DNA of 64,000 bases from positions 51,824-115,823 of the forward strand of contig CBDHDN010000064.1 of the NCBI GenBank assembly GCA_965261585.1, read 5' to 3'. Below, one piece after another: positions 9,981 through 18,301 of the stretch. Source of the DNA: Alphaproteobacteria bacterium (GTDB taxonomy: Bacteria; Pseudomonadota; Alphaproteobacteria; UBA6615). The position numbers and the translations under genes were made by a program. Positions within the stretch are counted from its first letter, which is position 1; every line of letters begins with the position of its first letter. The notes beneath the pieces are model-generated. The model had not been told where the DNA came from. It worked only from the letters and a program-made list of their open reading frames with translations, and did no database searches.

Positions 9981-10096
9981 CCCCGGCCTTGAGCCGGGGC
10001 CCAAGAACACGGACGCCACGTTTTGTTGCTTCGGACCGAGCCAGCGCTTGCTCCTCTGCGAGGCCCGTGTTCTTGGGCCCCGGCGCAAGGCCGGGG
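9981..10096. repeat. 32-bp near-perfect inverted repeat (stem) with 52-nt loop in the soeB-soeC intergenic region
   Basis: ccccggccttgagccggggcccaagaacacgg (9981-10012) and ccgtgttcttgggccccggcgcaaggccgggg (10065-10096) are reverse complements with 31/32 matching. Confidence 0.6.
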
Positions 10097-10123
10097 GTTC
10101 AAAGTGAGGGGCGCACCCGTGGA

Positions 10124-10912
10124 TCATCGCGACAGCAGCTGGTCGACCCAGTCGAGGAACGCGACGCCCACGCCGCCGTTAGAAGCATCCGCCGTCGCCG
10201 CCGCCGCAGGGGTGGGCGCCGTCGCCGCCGCCGCAGGGGTGGGCGCCGGGGCGCCGGCCGGGCCGGTCTTGCGCGGCCGCGGCGGCAGGTACTTGTTGAC
10301 CGGCTTGTAGCCCAGCTCGGGCATCAGGTCGTAGCCGCCGCGCGCCTCGACGAGCTGGGAGACCGGCGACGTCTGATCGCCGAGGTCGCCGAAGTGGCGC
10401 GCCCCGGCCGGGCAGGTCGAGACACAGGCCGGCACCCGATCGACCTCGTCGAGGTTTTCGTTGTAGATGCGGTCGATGCACAGCGTGCACTTCTTCATGA
10501 CGCCGTCGTCGACGTCGTACTCGCGGGCGCCGTAGGGGCACGCCCATGAACACAGCTTGCAGCCGATGCAGGTGTCGGCGTTGACGAGGACGATGCCGTC
10601 CTCCTCACGCTTGTAGGACGCGCCGGTCGGGCAGACGGTCACGCAGGCCGGCTCCTCGCAGTGCAGGCAGCTGCGCGGGAAATGCACGGTGCGGCTGTCG
10701 GCGCCGTCGCCGGCCTCGAACGTGTGGACGCGGTTGAACCAGACGCCCGATGGATCGCTGCCGTAGGGGTCGCGGTCGGTCAAAGGCGCCGAATGGCCGC
10801 CGGTGTTCCATTCCTTGCAGTTGACGGCGCAGGCATGACAGCCGACGCAGATATCGAGGTCGATGACGAGGCCGAGCTTCGTGCCCGTCGCCTGTTTCGG
10901 CAGATCGGTCAT
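10124..10912 (-). CDS. 4Fe-4S ferredoxin-type subunit of DMSO-reductase-family enzyme (DmsB/SoeB-like)
   Basis: Four Cys clusters: CVGCHACAVNC, CLHCEEPACVTVCP, CIGCKLCSWACP, CTLCIDR. The ATG overlaps the upstream stop (ATGA). PA-rich C-terminal tail. Confidence 0.75.
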   Translation of the reverse strand: MTDLPKQATGTKLGLVIDLDICVGCHACAVNCKEWNTGGHSAPLTDRDPYGSDPSGVWFNRVHTFEAGDGADSRTVHFPRSCLHCEEPACVTVCPTGASYKREEDGIVLVNADTCIGCKLCSWACPYGAREYDVDDGVMKKCTLCIDRIYNENLDEVDRVPACVSTCPAGARHFGDLGDQTSPVSQLVEARGGYDLMPELGYKPVNKYLPPRPRKTGPAGAPAPTPAAAATAPTPAAAATADASNGGVGVAFLDWVDQLLSR

Positions 10913-13806
10913 GGCCCCGCCCGGCGCCGGAAGCGCTCGCCATAGCGCAGGATCGCCGGCGCCGGCGCGATGCCCGGGACGCGTGCTGTCGCCGGGAACT
11001 GGGGCGCGCTCATCCCGGCCTCGGCCGGGGCCGCTTTGACCAGGCGCACGCGCAAATCGAACCACGCGGCCTGTCCGGTAATCGGGTCGGCGTTGGCGTA
11101 GCGCAGGCCGTCCTTCGGCGGCAGCAGCTCGGCAATCAGGTGATTGAGCAGGAAGCCCTTCGTCGCCTCATGGGCGTCGTCGGCCAGGTTCCAGGCGCCG
11201 CGCCGCTTGCCGATCGCGTTCCAGGTCCACACCGTGTCGGCGTTGCAGCCCTCCATCAGGCCGATCTGCGCCTTGACGCGGCCGTTGTGGCTCTCGATCC
11301 AGACCCAGTCGCCGTCGGCGAGGCCCTGGCGCGCCGCGGCGGCACGGTTCATGTAGAGCCGGTTCCAGCCGTGGATCTGGCGCAGCCAGGCGTTCTGCGA
11401 GCCCCACGACTGGTACATCGCCATCGGCCGTTGGGTCAGGGCGTGCAGCGGGAACGCCGCCTCGTCGACCAGCGTCTCCTCGAACGGCGCATACCAGATC
11501 GGCAGCGGGTCGAAATAGGTGGCGATTCGGGCCCGGTGGGCGTCGGGCGGCTGCAGCGGGCCGTGGCCCTGCGCGGCCAGGCGGAACTTCTGCAAGGGCT
11601 CGCTATAGATCTGGAAGATCACCGGTTTGGCCTCGGCGATCCAGCCCATCTCGACGGCATAGCGCAGATAGTCGGCGTTGCCGTGCTTGTAGTAGCGTTG
11701 CTCTGGCGCCAGCTCCTGGCGCCAGAAACACTCGTTGGCGACATAGGCGTCGAGCTGACGCGGGTTGGCCGCGCCGCGCCCGTGGCTCTGGCCGTCCGGG
11801 CCACGCCAGCCGGCGAGCGAGCCGATGCCCGGCGCGCGTTCGTGGTTGGCCAGGTAGTCCGGATAGCCGCCGGGATAGCGCGCCGTGCCGTCGTCTTTCG
11901 CGAAGCCCGGCAGGCCGAGGCGCCCACCGAGGTCGATCAGCACGTCCTGGAACGGCCGAACGTCGCGGTCGGGCGCGACGACGGGCTGGCGGATCGCGTC
12001 GGCCGGCCCGTCGGCGTTACAGATCGGCCGGTCGAGCATGCTGATGCAGTCCCAGCGCTCGAGATACGTCGTGTCCGGCAGCACCAAATCGGCGTACGCC
12101 ACCATCTCGGAATTGAAGGCGTCGGAATAGATGATGCGGGGGATCTTGTAGTCGCCCGTTGCCGGGTCCTGGTCGGTCAGCATGCGCATGGTCTCGGCCG
12201 TGTTCATGGCCGAATTCCAGCTCATGTTCGCCATGTACATGAACAGCGTGTCGATCCGGTAGGGATCGCCGCGCCAGGCGTTGGCGATGACCATCTGCAT
12301 CATGCCGTGGGCGGCCATCGGGTATTCCCACGAAAACGCCTTGTCGATCCGCCGCGCCGTGCCGTCGGCTTCGACGAGCAGATCCTCGGGCCCGGTCGGG
12401 AAGCCGAGCGGCGGCCCCGGCAACGGCGTATCGGGGGCCACCTGGCCCGGCTTGCCGGTCGGCCGCAGGCCGGGCGGCGCCGGCTTCGGGTAGGGCGGCT
12501 TGAAGCGGAAGCCGCCGGGGCAGTCGATGCTGCCGAGCAGCAGCTGCAGCAGGTGCAGCGCGCGGCAGGTCTGAAAGCCGTTGGCGTGGGCCGAGATGCC
12601 GCGCATCGCGTGCATCGACACCGGTCGGCCGACGAAGCGGTCGTGGCGGCGCCCGGCCCAGTCGGTCCACGGCGTCTCGATGACGACCTCCTGGGCGAAG
12701 GCGGCGTCGGCCAGCTCGGCGGCCAACCGGCGGATCGTCGCCGCGGCGATACCGGTACGGGCGGCAACCGCGTCCGGCGCGTACTGCGGATCGAGATAGC
12801 GCTCGGCCAGCAACTGGAACACCGGCACGGCCGCGCCGCCGTCGGGCAACGTGTAGGTGCCGGTCAGTGCCGGCGTGACCTCCGCCGGCAGGGCGCTGAC
12901 GACGGCCTCGTGCTGCTTATCCCAGGCGAGCGGGCTGTTCGCGTTGTCGCGCGCGAACAGGCCGTCGCGCGGGCCGCCGGGCTCGCGGCGCACCAGCCAG
13001 GGCGCATTCGTGTAACGGACCAGGTAGTCGAGGTCGACCTTGCGCGCGGCCAACAGCTCGTGGATCAGCGCCAGAACCAACAGCCCGTCGCTGCCCGGCC
13101 GGATACCGATCCATTCGTCGGCGATCGCCGAATAACCGGTGCGCACCGGATTGACCGAGACGAACTTGGCGTTGCCGGCGGTCTTCAGCTTGCCGAGGCC
13201 GATCTTGAGCGGGTTGGAATCGTGGTCCTCGGCGACGCCGAACATCAACAGATAGCGCGTGTGCTCCCAATCCGGCTCGCCGAACTCCCAGAACGAGCCG
13301 CCGATCGTATAGAGGCCGGCGGCGGCCATGTTGACGGAGCAGAAGCCGCCATGGGCGGCGTAGTTGGGCGTGCCGAACTGGCTCGCCCAATAGCCGGTCA
13401 GGGCCTGGCTCTGGTCGCGGCCGGTGAAGAAGGCGAGGCGGCGCGGGTCGGTCTTGCGAATGGCGCCCAGCCATTCCGTCGCCGTCGCCAGCGCCTCGTC
13501 CCACTCGATCTCGGCGAACTCGCCGCTGCCGCGCGGGCCGATCCGCTTGAGCGGCTTTTGCAGCCGCGCCGGCGAATAGTGGTTCATGATGCCGGCCGAA
13601 CCCTTGGCGCACAGGACGCCGCGGTTCACCGGGTGGTTGCGGTTGCCTTCGATGTAGCGGATGGCGCCGTCGCGCAGGTACACCTTGATGCCGCAGCGGC
13701 AGGCGCACATGTAGCAGGTCGTGAACTTGACGTCGTCGCTGACCGGCGGCGAGGTGTCGACGGCGCCGGCCCGTGGCCCGCCCGACGGAGAACGTGCGCC
13801 CGCCAT
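10909..13806 (-). CDS. Molybdopterin oxidoreductase catalytic subunit, DMSO-reductase family, no Tat signal (SoeA-like sulfite dehydrogenase candidate)
   Basis: 965 aa. N-terminal CYMCACRCG...GVLCAKG FeS motif. No RRxFLK twin-arginine motif, so the protein is predicted cytoplasmic. Confidence 0.75.
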   Translation of the reverse strand: MAGARSPSGGPRAGAVDTSPPVSDDVKFTTCYMCACRCGIKVYLRDGAIRYIEGNRNHPVNRGVLCAKGSAGIMNHYSPARLQKPLKRIGPRGSGEFAEIEWDEALATATEWLGAIRKTDPRRLAFFTGRDQSQALTGYWASQFGTPNYAAHGGFCSVNMAAAGLYTIGGSFWEFGEPDWEHTRYLLMFGVAEDHDSNPLKIGLGKLKTAGNAKFVSVNPVRTGYSAIADEWIGIRPGSDGLLVLALIHELLAARKVDLDYLVRYTNAPWLVRREPGGPRDGLFARDNANSPLAWDKQHEAVVSALPAEVTPALTGTYTLPDGGAAVPVFQLLAERYLDPQYAPDAVAARTGIAAATIRRLAAELADAAFAQEVVIETPWTDWAGRRHDRFVGRPVSMHAMRGISAHANGFQTCRALHLLQLLLGSIDCPGGFRFKPPYPKPAPPGLRPTGKPGQVAPDTPLPGPPLGFPTGPEDLLVEADGTARRIDKAFSWEYPMAAHGMMQMVIANAWRGDPYRIDTLFMYMANMSWNSAMNTAETMRMLTDQDPATGDYKIPRIIYSDAFNSEMVAYADLVLPDTTYLERWDCISMLDRPICNADGPADAIRQPVVAPDRDVRPFQDVLIDLGGRLGLPGFAKDDGTARYPGGYPDYLANHERAPGIGSLAGWRGPDGQSHGRGAANPRQLDAYVANECFWRQELAPEQRYYKHGNADYLRYAVEMGWIAEAKPVIFQIYSEPLQKFRLAAQGHGPLQPPDAHRARIATYFDPLPIWYAPFEETLVDEAAFPLHALTQRPMAMYQSWGSQNAWLRQIHGWNRLYMNRAAAARQGLADGDWVWIESHNGRVKAQIGLMEGCNADTVWTWNAIGKRRGAWNLADDAHEATKGFLLNHLIAELLPPKDGLRYANADPITGQAAWFDLRVRLVKAAPAEAGMSAPQFPATARVPGIAPAPAILRYGERFRRRAGP

Positions 13807-13808
13807 GG

Positions 13809-14306
13809 TCAGGTCAGCGCGTCGATCTGTTCGTCGGTCAGACCGCCGGGCACGATCGTCACCGGGATCCGCATCTTGCCGATCACCCGCTTGGTCACGA
13901 AGCTGATCAGCGGCCCCGGCCCCTTGGCCCCGGTTGCGGCGCCGAGCACGAGGATCCGGATCTGCGGATCCTCGTCTATCAACCCGAGCAACGCCTCCGT
14001 CCGGTCGCCCTCGCGCACATAGAGGCCGGGCCGGCTGCCGTGCAGCTCGAAGACCAGGGCGGCATGCTCCTGCAGCAGCCGCTCGGCATCGGCGCGGGCC
14101 TCCTCGCGCATCAGGTTGCCGACGGCGGCCCAGTGCTGGAAGTCCGCCGGCTCGATCACCCGCAACAGGCCGACCCGCCCGCCGGTGCGCCGCGCCCGCA
14201 GGCTGGCGTAGCGCAGCGCGACGCCCATCTCCGGGCTGTCGTCGACGACCACCAGAAAGATACCCCCGTTGGGTACGCGCTCGGGCGGCTGGCTGTTGTC
14301 AGTCAT
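13809..14306 (-). CDS. Universal stress protein (UspA family)
   Basis: ...IFLVVVDDSPEMGVALRYA...ILVLGAATGAKGPGPLISFVTKRVIGKMRIPVTIVPG... Confidence 0.7.
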   Translation of the reverse strand: MTDNSQPPERVPNGGIFLVVVDDSPEMGVALRYASLRARRTGGRVGLLRVIEPADFQHWAAVGNLMREEARADAERLLQEHAALVFELHGSRPGLYVREGDRTEALLGLIDEDPQIRILVLGAATGAKGPGPLISFVTKRVIGKMRIPVTIVPGGLTDEQIDALT

Positions 14307-14313
14307 GTGGGAG

Positions 14314-15057
14314 TTAGATCTTGCGGAACACGAAACCGGCGAACCATCCTGCCATCAGCGCGATGGCGATGGCAATCAAACCATAGAGCGTCGATTGCTC
14401 GTGGGCGAAGTCGAACACGCCGGCCTCGAAGCCCAGCCGGTTGACCTGCAGCGGCGTCGAGGTGCGGCTGACCAGGCCGCCGTCGCGCACCAGGAACACG
14501 TCGACCTGATAGCGGCCGGTCGACACGTTGGCCGGAAACGACACCTCGGTGCGGAACAGGCGGTCGCCGAGAAAGCGAATCTGCCCGATCTGCGCGTCGT
14601 AGAGGCCCTGGTCCTGCTTGTTGCGGATCAGGGCCGCGCGAAACGCGGCGGCCTCGGCGGTGCTCATCCGCTCGCGCGGCTCCAGCTGCAGGTTGTCGAA
14701 GCCGATGCGCGCCAGGGCCAGCACGTCGTCGTTCAATATCGCCTCGACGGCGCGGGTCGCGGTCAGGTGATAGAAGATCGGTGCCTGCTCGAACGTCGCG
14801 CTCGCCCGGTTTATCCAGACGCCGGCCGTGCGTTCCTTGCGCCGCACGGTGACGTTGGCCAGCGGCCCGCGAACGACGATGACCAGGTCGCCGACGCCAT
14901 CCGTCGTGCCGAACAGCAACAGCTCGGCGCCGGAGAAGCCGGTCGTCACCGCGATCAGATCGTTGCTGAGGTCGGCGATCAGCGCCTGTGCGACGGCGGG
15001 CCGCGGGCCGGCCCCCACGACGAAAAGCGCCAACGCGACTGCCAGCCAGCGTGTCAT
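14314..15057 (-). CDS. Secreted/membrane protein of the TIGR02186-like family usually adjacent to TauE
   Basis: Signal peptide MTRWLAVALALFVVGAGPRPAVAQA and C-terminal TM helix. Sits beside tauE. Family assignment is from memory. Confidence 0.4.
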   Translation of the reverse strand: MTRWLAVALALFVVGAGPRPAVAQALIADLSNDLIAVTTGFSGAELLLFGTTDGVGDLVIVVRGPLANVTVRRKERTAGVWINRASATFEQAPIFYHLTATRAVEAILNDDVLALARIGFDNLQLEPRERMSTAEAAAFRAALIRNKQDQGLYDAQIGQIRFLGDRLFRTEVSFPANVSTGRYQVDVFLVRDGGLVSRTSTPLQVNRLGFEAGVFDFAHEQSTLYGLIAIAIALMAGWFAGFVFRKI

Positions 15058-15977
15058 TGCACGTCCAGCGTCTCGGAGATCGAGTAGGGATCGTCCGGCG
15101 TCGCCACCAGATCGAAGCCCAGCTTCGAGGCGACGGCCAGCACCATGAAGCCAAGCAGCCCGCGCAGTTGCTCGGCGCGCAGCGCGGCGCCGACCTTGGT
15201 GCCGAACTGGGCGCCGATGACGGCGCCGGTCAGCAGGATCAGGGCCAGCAGGATGTCGACGGTCTGGTTGTTGATCGCCTGCAGCAGCGTCACGTTGGCG
15301 GTGACGAAGATGATCTGGAACAGCGACGTGCCAACGACGACGGCGGTCGGCATACCCAACAGATAGATCATCGCCGGCACCATGATGAAGCCGCCGCCAA
15401 CGCCCATGATGGCCGCCAGCAGGCCGACGAAGAGGCCGATGCCGAGCGGCAGCAGGGCGCTGATGTAGAGCCGCGAGCGCCGGAACCGCATCTTGAACGG
15501 CAACCCGTGCAGCCAGGTGTGCTGATGCAGCTTGCCGCGGCCGCCGGCGCCGCCGCGCCGCCGCAGCAGCGCGCGCAGGCTCTCCACCACCATCAATGCG
15601 CCGACGGTGCCGAGGAACGTGACGTAGCTGAGGCGGATCAGCAGGTCGACCTGGCCGATCGAGAGCAGCAGCGTGAACACGACGACGCCGAGGCTCGAGC
15701 CGACGAAGCCGCCGACCGTCAGGATCAGCCCCATCTTGAAGTCGACGTTGCCCCGCCGCATGTGGGCGAGCACGCCGGACACCGACGAGGCGACGATCTG
15801 GTTCGCCTCGGTGCCGACGGCAACCGGCGACGGCACGCCGATGAAGATCAGCAGCGGTGTCATCAGGAAGCCGCCGCCGACGCCGAACACGCCGGACAGG
15901 AAGCCGACGCCGACACCCATGCCGAGGATCAGGAAAACATCCACCGACATCTCGGCAATGGGCAGATAGATGCTCAT
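15054..15977 (-). CDS. tauE: Sulfite exporter TauE/SafE family permease
   Basis: Two DUF81-type repeats: GVGGGFLMTPLLIFIGV... and GVGGGFIMVPAMIYLLGMP... Confidence 0.75.
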   Translation of the reverse strand: MSIYLPIAEMSVDVFLILGMGVGVGFLSGVFGVGGGFLMTPLLIFIGVPSPVAVGTEANQIVASSVSGVLAHMRRGNVDFKMGLILTVGGFVGSSLGVVVFTLLLSIGQVDLLIRLSYVTFLGTVGALMVVESLRALLRRRGGAGGRGKLHQHTWLHGLPFKMRFRRSRLYISALLPLGIGLFVGLLAAIMGVGGGFIMVPAMIYLLGMPTAVVVGTSLFQIIFVTANVTLLQAINNQTVDILLALILLTGAVIGAQFGTKVGAALRAEQLRGLLGFMVLAVASKLGFDLVATPDDPYSISETLDVQ

Positions 15978-16160
15978 GGCTCAGCGCGTGCCGGCGTTCG
16001 CTTTCATGGAAACCAAGTCGCGGAGCACCCGGCCCTCATAATCCGACAACCCCGGATTAAATCCGGGGATGAAGGCCTCACCCTGAGCTTCCTCATCCCG
16101 AGCTTGCCGAGGGACGAAGGGCGTGACCGTCGCGCACTCCGGCAAGAGCGGCGCCGCCGC

Positions 16161-16488
16161 TCAGGCGCCCGGCTCGACCGGGAAGCCGGCCTCCTGCCAG
16201 TTGAGCAGGCCACCGGTTAGTCGATAGATCGTGCCGCTGTGGCCGGCGGTCGCCAGCTGCTCGGCCGCCATGCCGCAGCGCACGCCGCTCTGACAGTGCA
16301 GGACGAGCTTCTGGCCCGGGCCCGGCGCAATGGCGGCCGGGTCGAACGCCGACAGCGCCACCGGCTTGGCGCCGTGGATGCGCGCGCGCATGCTCGTCGG
16401 GCTCGCGCACATCGACGACATAGACCTCGCCAGCCTCGATCCAGGCACTCAGGGTCGCCGGATCGACCTGTTCGACGCTAACGGACAT
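16161..16488 (-). pseudogene. Single-domain rhodanese (sulfurtransferase) with apparent 1-nt frameshift
   Basis: MSVSVEQVDPATLSAWIEAGEVYVVDVREPDEHARAH joins a second frame ...IHGAKPVALSAF...LVLHCQSGVRCGMAAEQL...GGLLNWQEAGFPVE (CxxGxR loop). Length is 328 nt, not a multiple of 3. GGAGG RBS. Confidence 0.55.
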
Positions 16489-16559
16489 CCATCTGCCTCC
16501 GCGCGCGCGACACACGCGTCCCCGCGCGCTGCCGCGGCCCCCAGCGTCGCTACCGGTCG

Positions 16560-16640
16560 GCGGCGCCGCGAAATGTTTCAAATTTCATATGAATTCGGTT
16601 ACTTTCACATCCGCAAGTGCGGGTCAAGTAAAAGCCGGCC
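16560..16640. promoter_or_regulatory. AT-rich divergent promoter region with a 10-bp perfect palindrome TTCATATGAA
   Basis: gaaatgtttcaaatttcatatgaattcggttactttcacatcc lies between the divergently transcribed rhodanese and tusA genes. Confidence 0.25.
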
Positions 16641-16736
16641 CCAGGCCTGTATGCGGCAATCACCACGAAAAAGAGAGCCGCAAGTCCGTGCGTTGCCATG
16701 GAGTGTGCGCCAAGAGTGTGCGCCAAGGGGGGGGCG

Positions 16737-16967
16737 ATGGCCGACGTCACCGATCTGGACACGACCGGGCTGAAGTGCCCGCTCCCGGTCCTGAAGGCGA
16801 AGAAGGCGCTGAAAGGCATGGCCGGCGGCGCGACACTCAAGGTGCTCGCCACCGACCCCGACTCCGTCAAGGACTTTCACAATTTCTGCGAGACCACCGG
16901 CGACACGCTCGTCGAATGGTCCGAGGCCGCCGGCACCTTCACGTTCCTAATCGAGAAGGCGGGCTAA
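16737..16967 (+). CDS. tusA: TusA-like sulfur carrier protein
   Basis: MADVTDLDTTGLKCPLPVLKAKKALKGMAGGATLKVLATDPDSVKDF... (CPxP motif). Confidence 0.7.
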   Translation: MADVTDLDTTGLKCPLPVLKAKKALKGMAGGATLKVLATDPDSVKDFHNFCETTGDTLVEWSEAAGTFTFLIEKAG

Positions 16968-17005
16968 CTGGCTGTCGAAAAATGCGGGGCCGGGGGCTCG
17001 GCGCG

Positions 17006-17938
17006 TCAGGCGGTCTTCCTGCGGCGGCGGCTCATCACGCCGAGCCCGGCGATACCGAAGCCGAACAGCGCGAGCGATGCCGGCTCAGGGATGTTGTTGG
17101 GGCCGTCGCCCTCGTGGAAGCGCCACTCCTCGAAACCGTCGTTGGCGCCGGTGTATTCCGTGTAGAGGACGAACTGATCGTCGGGGTTGAGCGGCAACAG
17201 CTGGCTCGTCGGGATGAAGACGCTCAGATCACCCATGCCGCTGCCGCACTGACCGGGCGTGTCGCAGATGCTGGCCTGCAGGACGACGGAGACGTCGCCG
17301 TTCGTGAAGTTGTCCAGGGTCCACACGGGATCCAGGTCCAGGAGTGTGTTGTTCGTCGGCGGCGGGTAGTCGTCGAACGTGTCGCCCAAATAGGCCTCCG
17401 TGCTCGCCGCCTCCGGGTTCGCCAGGAGATCGCCGCCGATGAAGATCTGCAGTTCGGTGATCGTGATGCGGTTCTTCCGGCTAGTCGCTTTGCCCTTCTG
17501 GTTCGCATCGAGGGCAAGTTCGATATAGTCGACGCCGTTGATATCGAAGACCCCGAGTTCGCCGACCTTGACCGAGCGCGTCCACTGGCTACCGTTCTTG
17601 GTGTCGAAGTTGATGATGGGTTCGCCGGCGTCGGTATTGTAGCCGCTCTCGAACCCGTGTTTCTTCCCGTGTTTCTTCGCCGTTTGGGTCCTCAGGAACG
17701 GCTGGAACACGCCCGTCCCGGTCGCCGGTAACGTGGGGTTCGGATTGGCGGTAAAGATTGTGCCGTCGCCGGTGGTCCCGGTGTAGTCGGTGCAGCCCGC
17801 CTCGCCTTCGGCGCAGAGGATATGGATCTCGGTGGGGAACGCATGGGCGCCGCCGGCGAAGCCGAGCGACAGGAACGTGGAAGCTGCCACGGCGAAAAGT
17901 GGGTTGGCGACCTTTGTCCGATGACCGCTCCGACGCAT
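17006..17938 (-). CDS. PEP-CTERM domain protein (exosortase substrate)
   Basis: Signal peptide MRRSGHRTKVANPLFAVAASTFLSLGFAGGAHA. C-terminus ...IPEPASLALFGFGIAGLGVMSRRRRKTA (PEP motif, TM helix, Arg cluster). Confidence 0.7.
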   Translation of the reverse strand: MRRSGHRTKVANPLFAVAASTFLSLGFAGGAHAFPTEIHILCAEGEAGCTDYTGTTGDGTIFTANPNPTLPATGTGVFQPFLRTQTAKKHGKKHGFESGYNTDAGEPIINFDTKNGSQWTRSVKVGELGVFDINGVDYIELALDANQKGKATSRKNRITITELQIFIGGDLLANPEAASTEAYLGDTFDDYPPPTNNTLLDLDPVWTLDNFTNGDVSVVLQASICDTPGQCGSGMGDLSVFIPTSQLLPLNPDDQFVLYTEYTGANDGFEEWRFHEGDGPNNIPEPASLALFGFGIAGLGVMSRRRRKTA

Positions 17939-18301
17939 TTCGTGCCCTGTTGCTTCCCGGGTTCGACAGTGCCCTTTCAGGCGAGGCGCACCCTTGTCGG
18001 TAGCAAGCACCATGCCAGTTCAATGATTTCAGTAGGTTGACCTCCGCCGGCCGGCCGCCGGACGGCAAGACTGTAAACGCGTCCGACACCTGATCGGGCT
18101 GTTTTCGACGCCTGCGTCGTTTTGCGGGCGAGTGTTGCGGCCGACGACGGTTGGACTTGTAAACGAGCCCGACAGTCGCGCCGGATCGCTAACGACGCGG
18201 GCGTGGGTCCGTGCGGGCGAACAGGACACCGACGAACGTGTATTCGTGCTGTCCGTCGGCCGTTTGTGCGCCCGGTCCCGAGCGTCTCCCGCCCGGTCCG
18301 G

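Noticed and set aside
10179-10553. Small plus and minus ORFs encoding PA-rich repeats inside the FeS-subunit gene
   Set aside because: They are alternative-frame artefacts of the GC-rich PTPAAAATA tail of the real FeS subunit.
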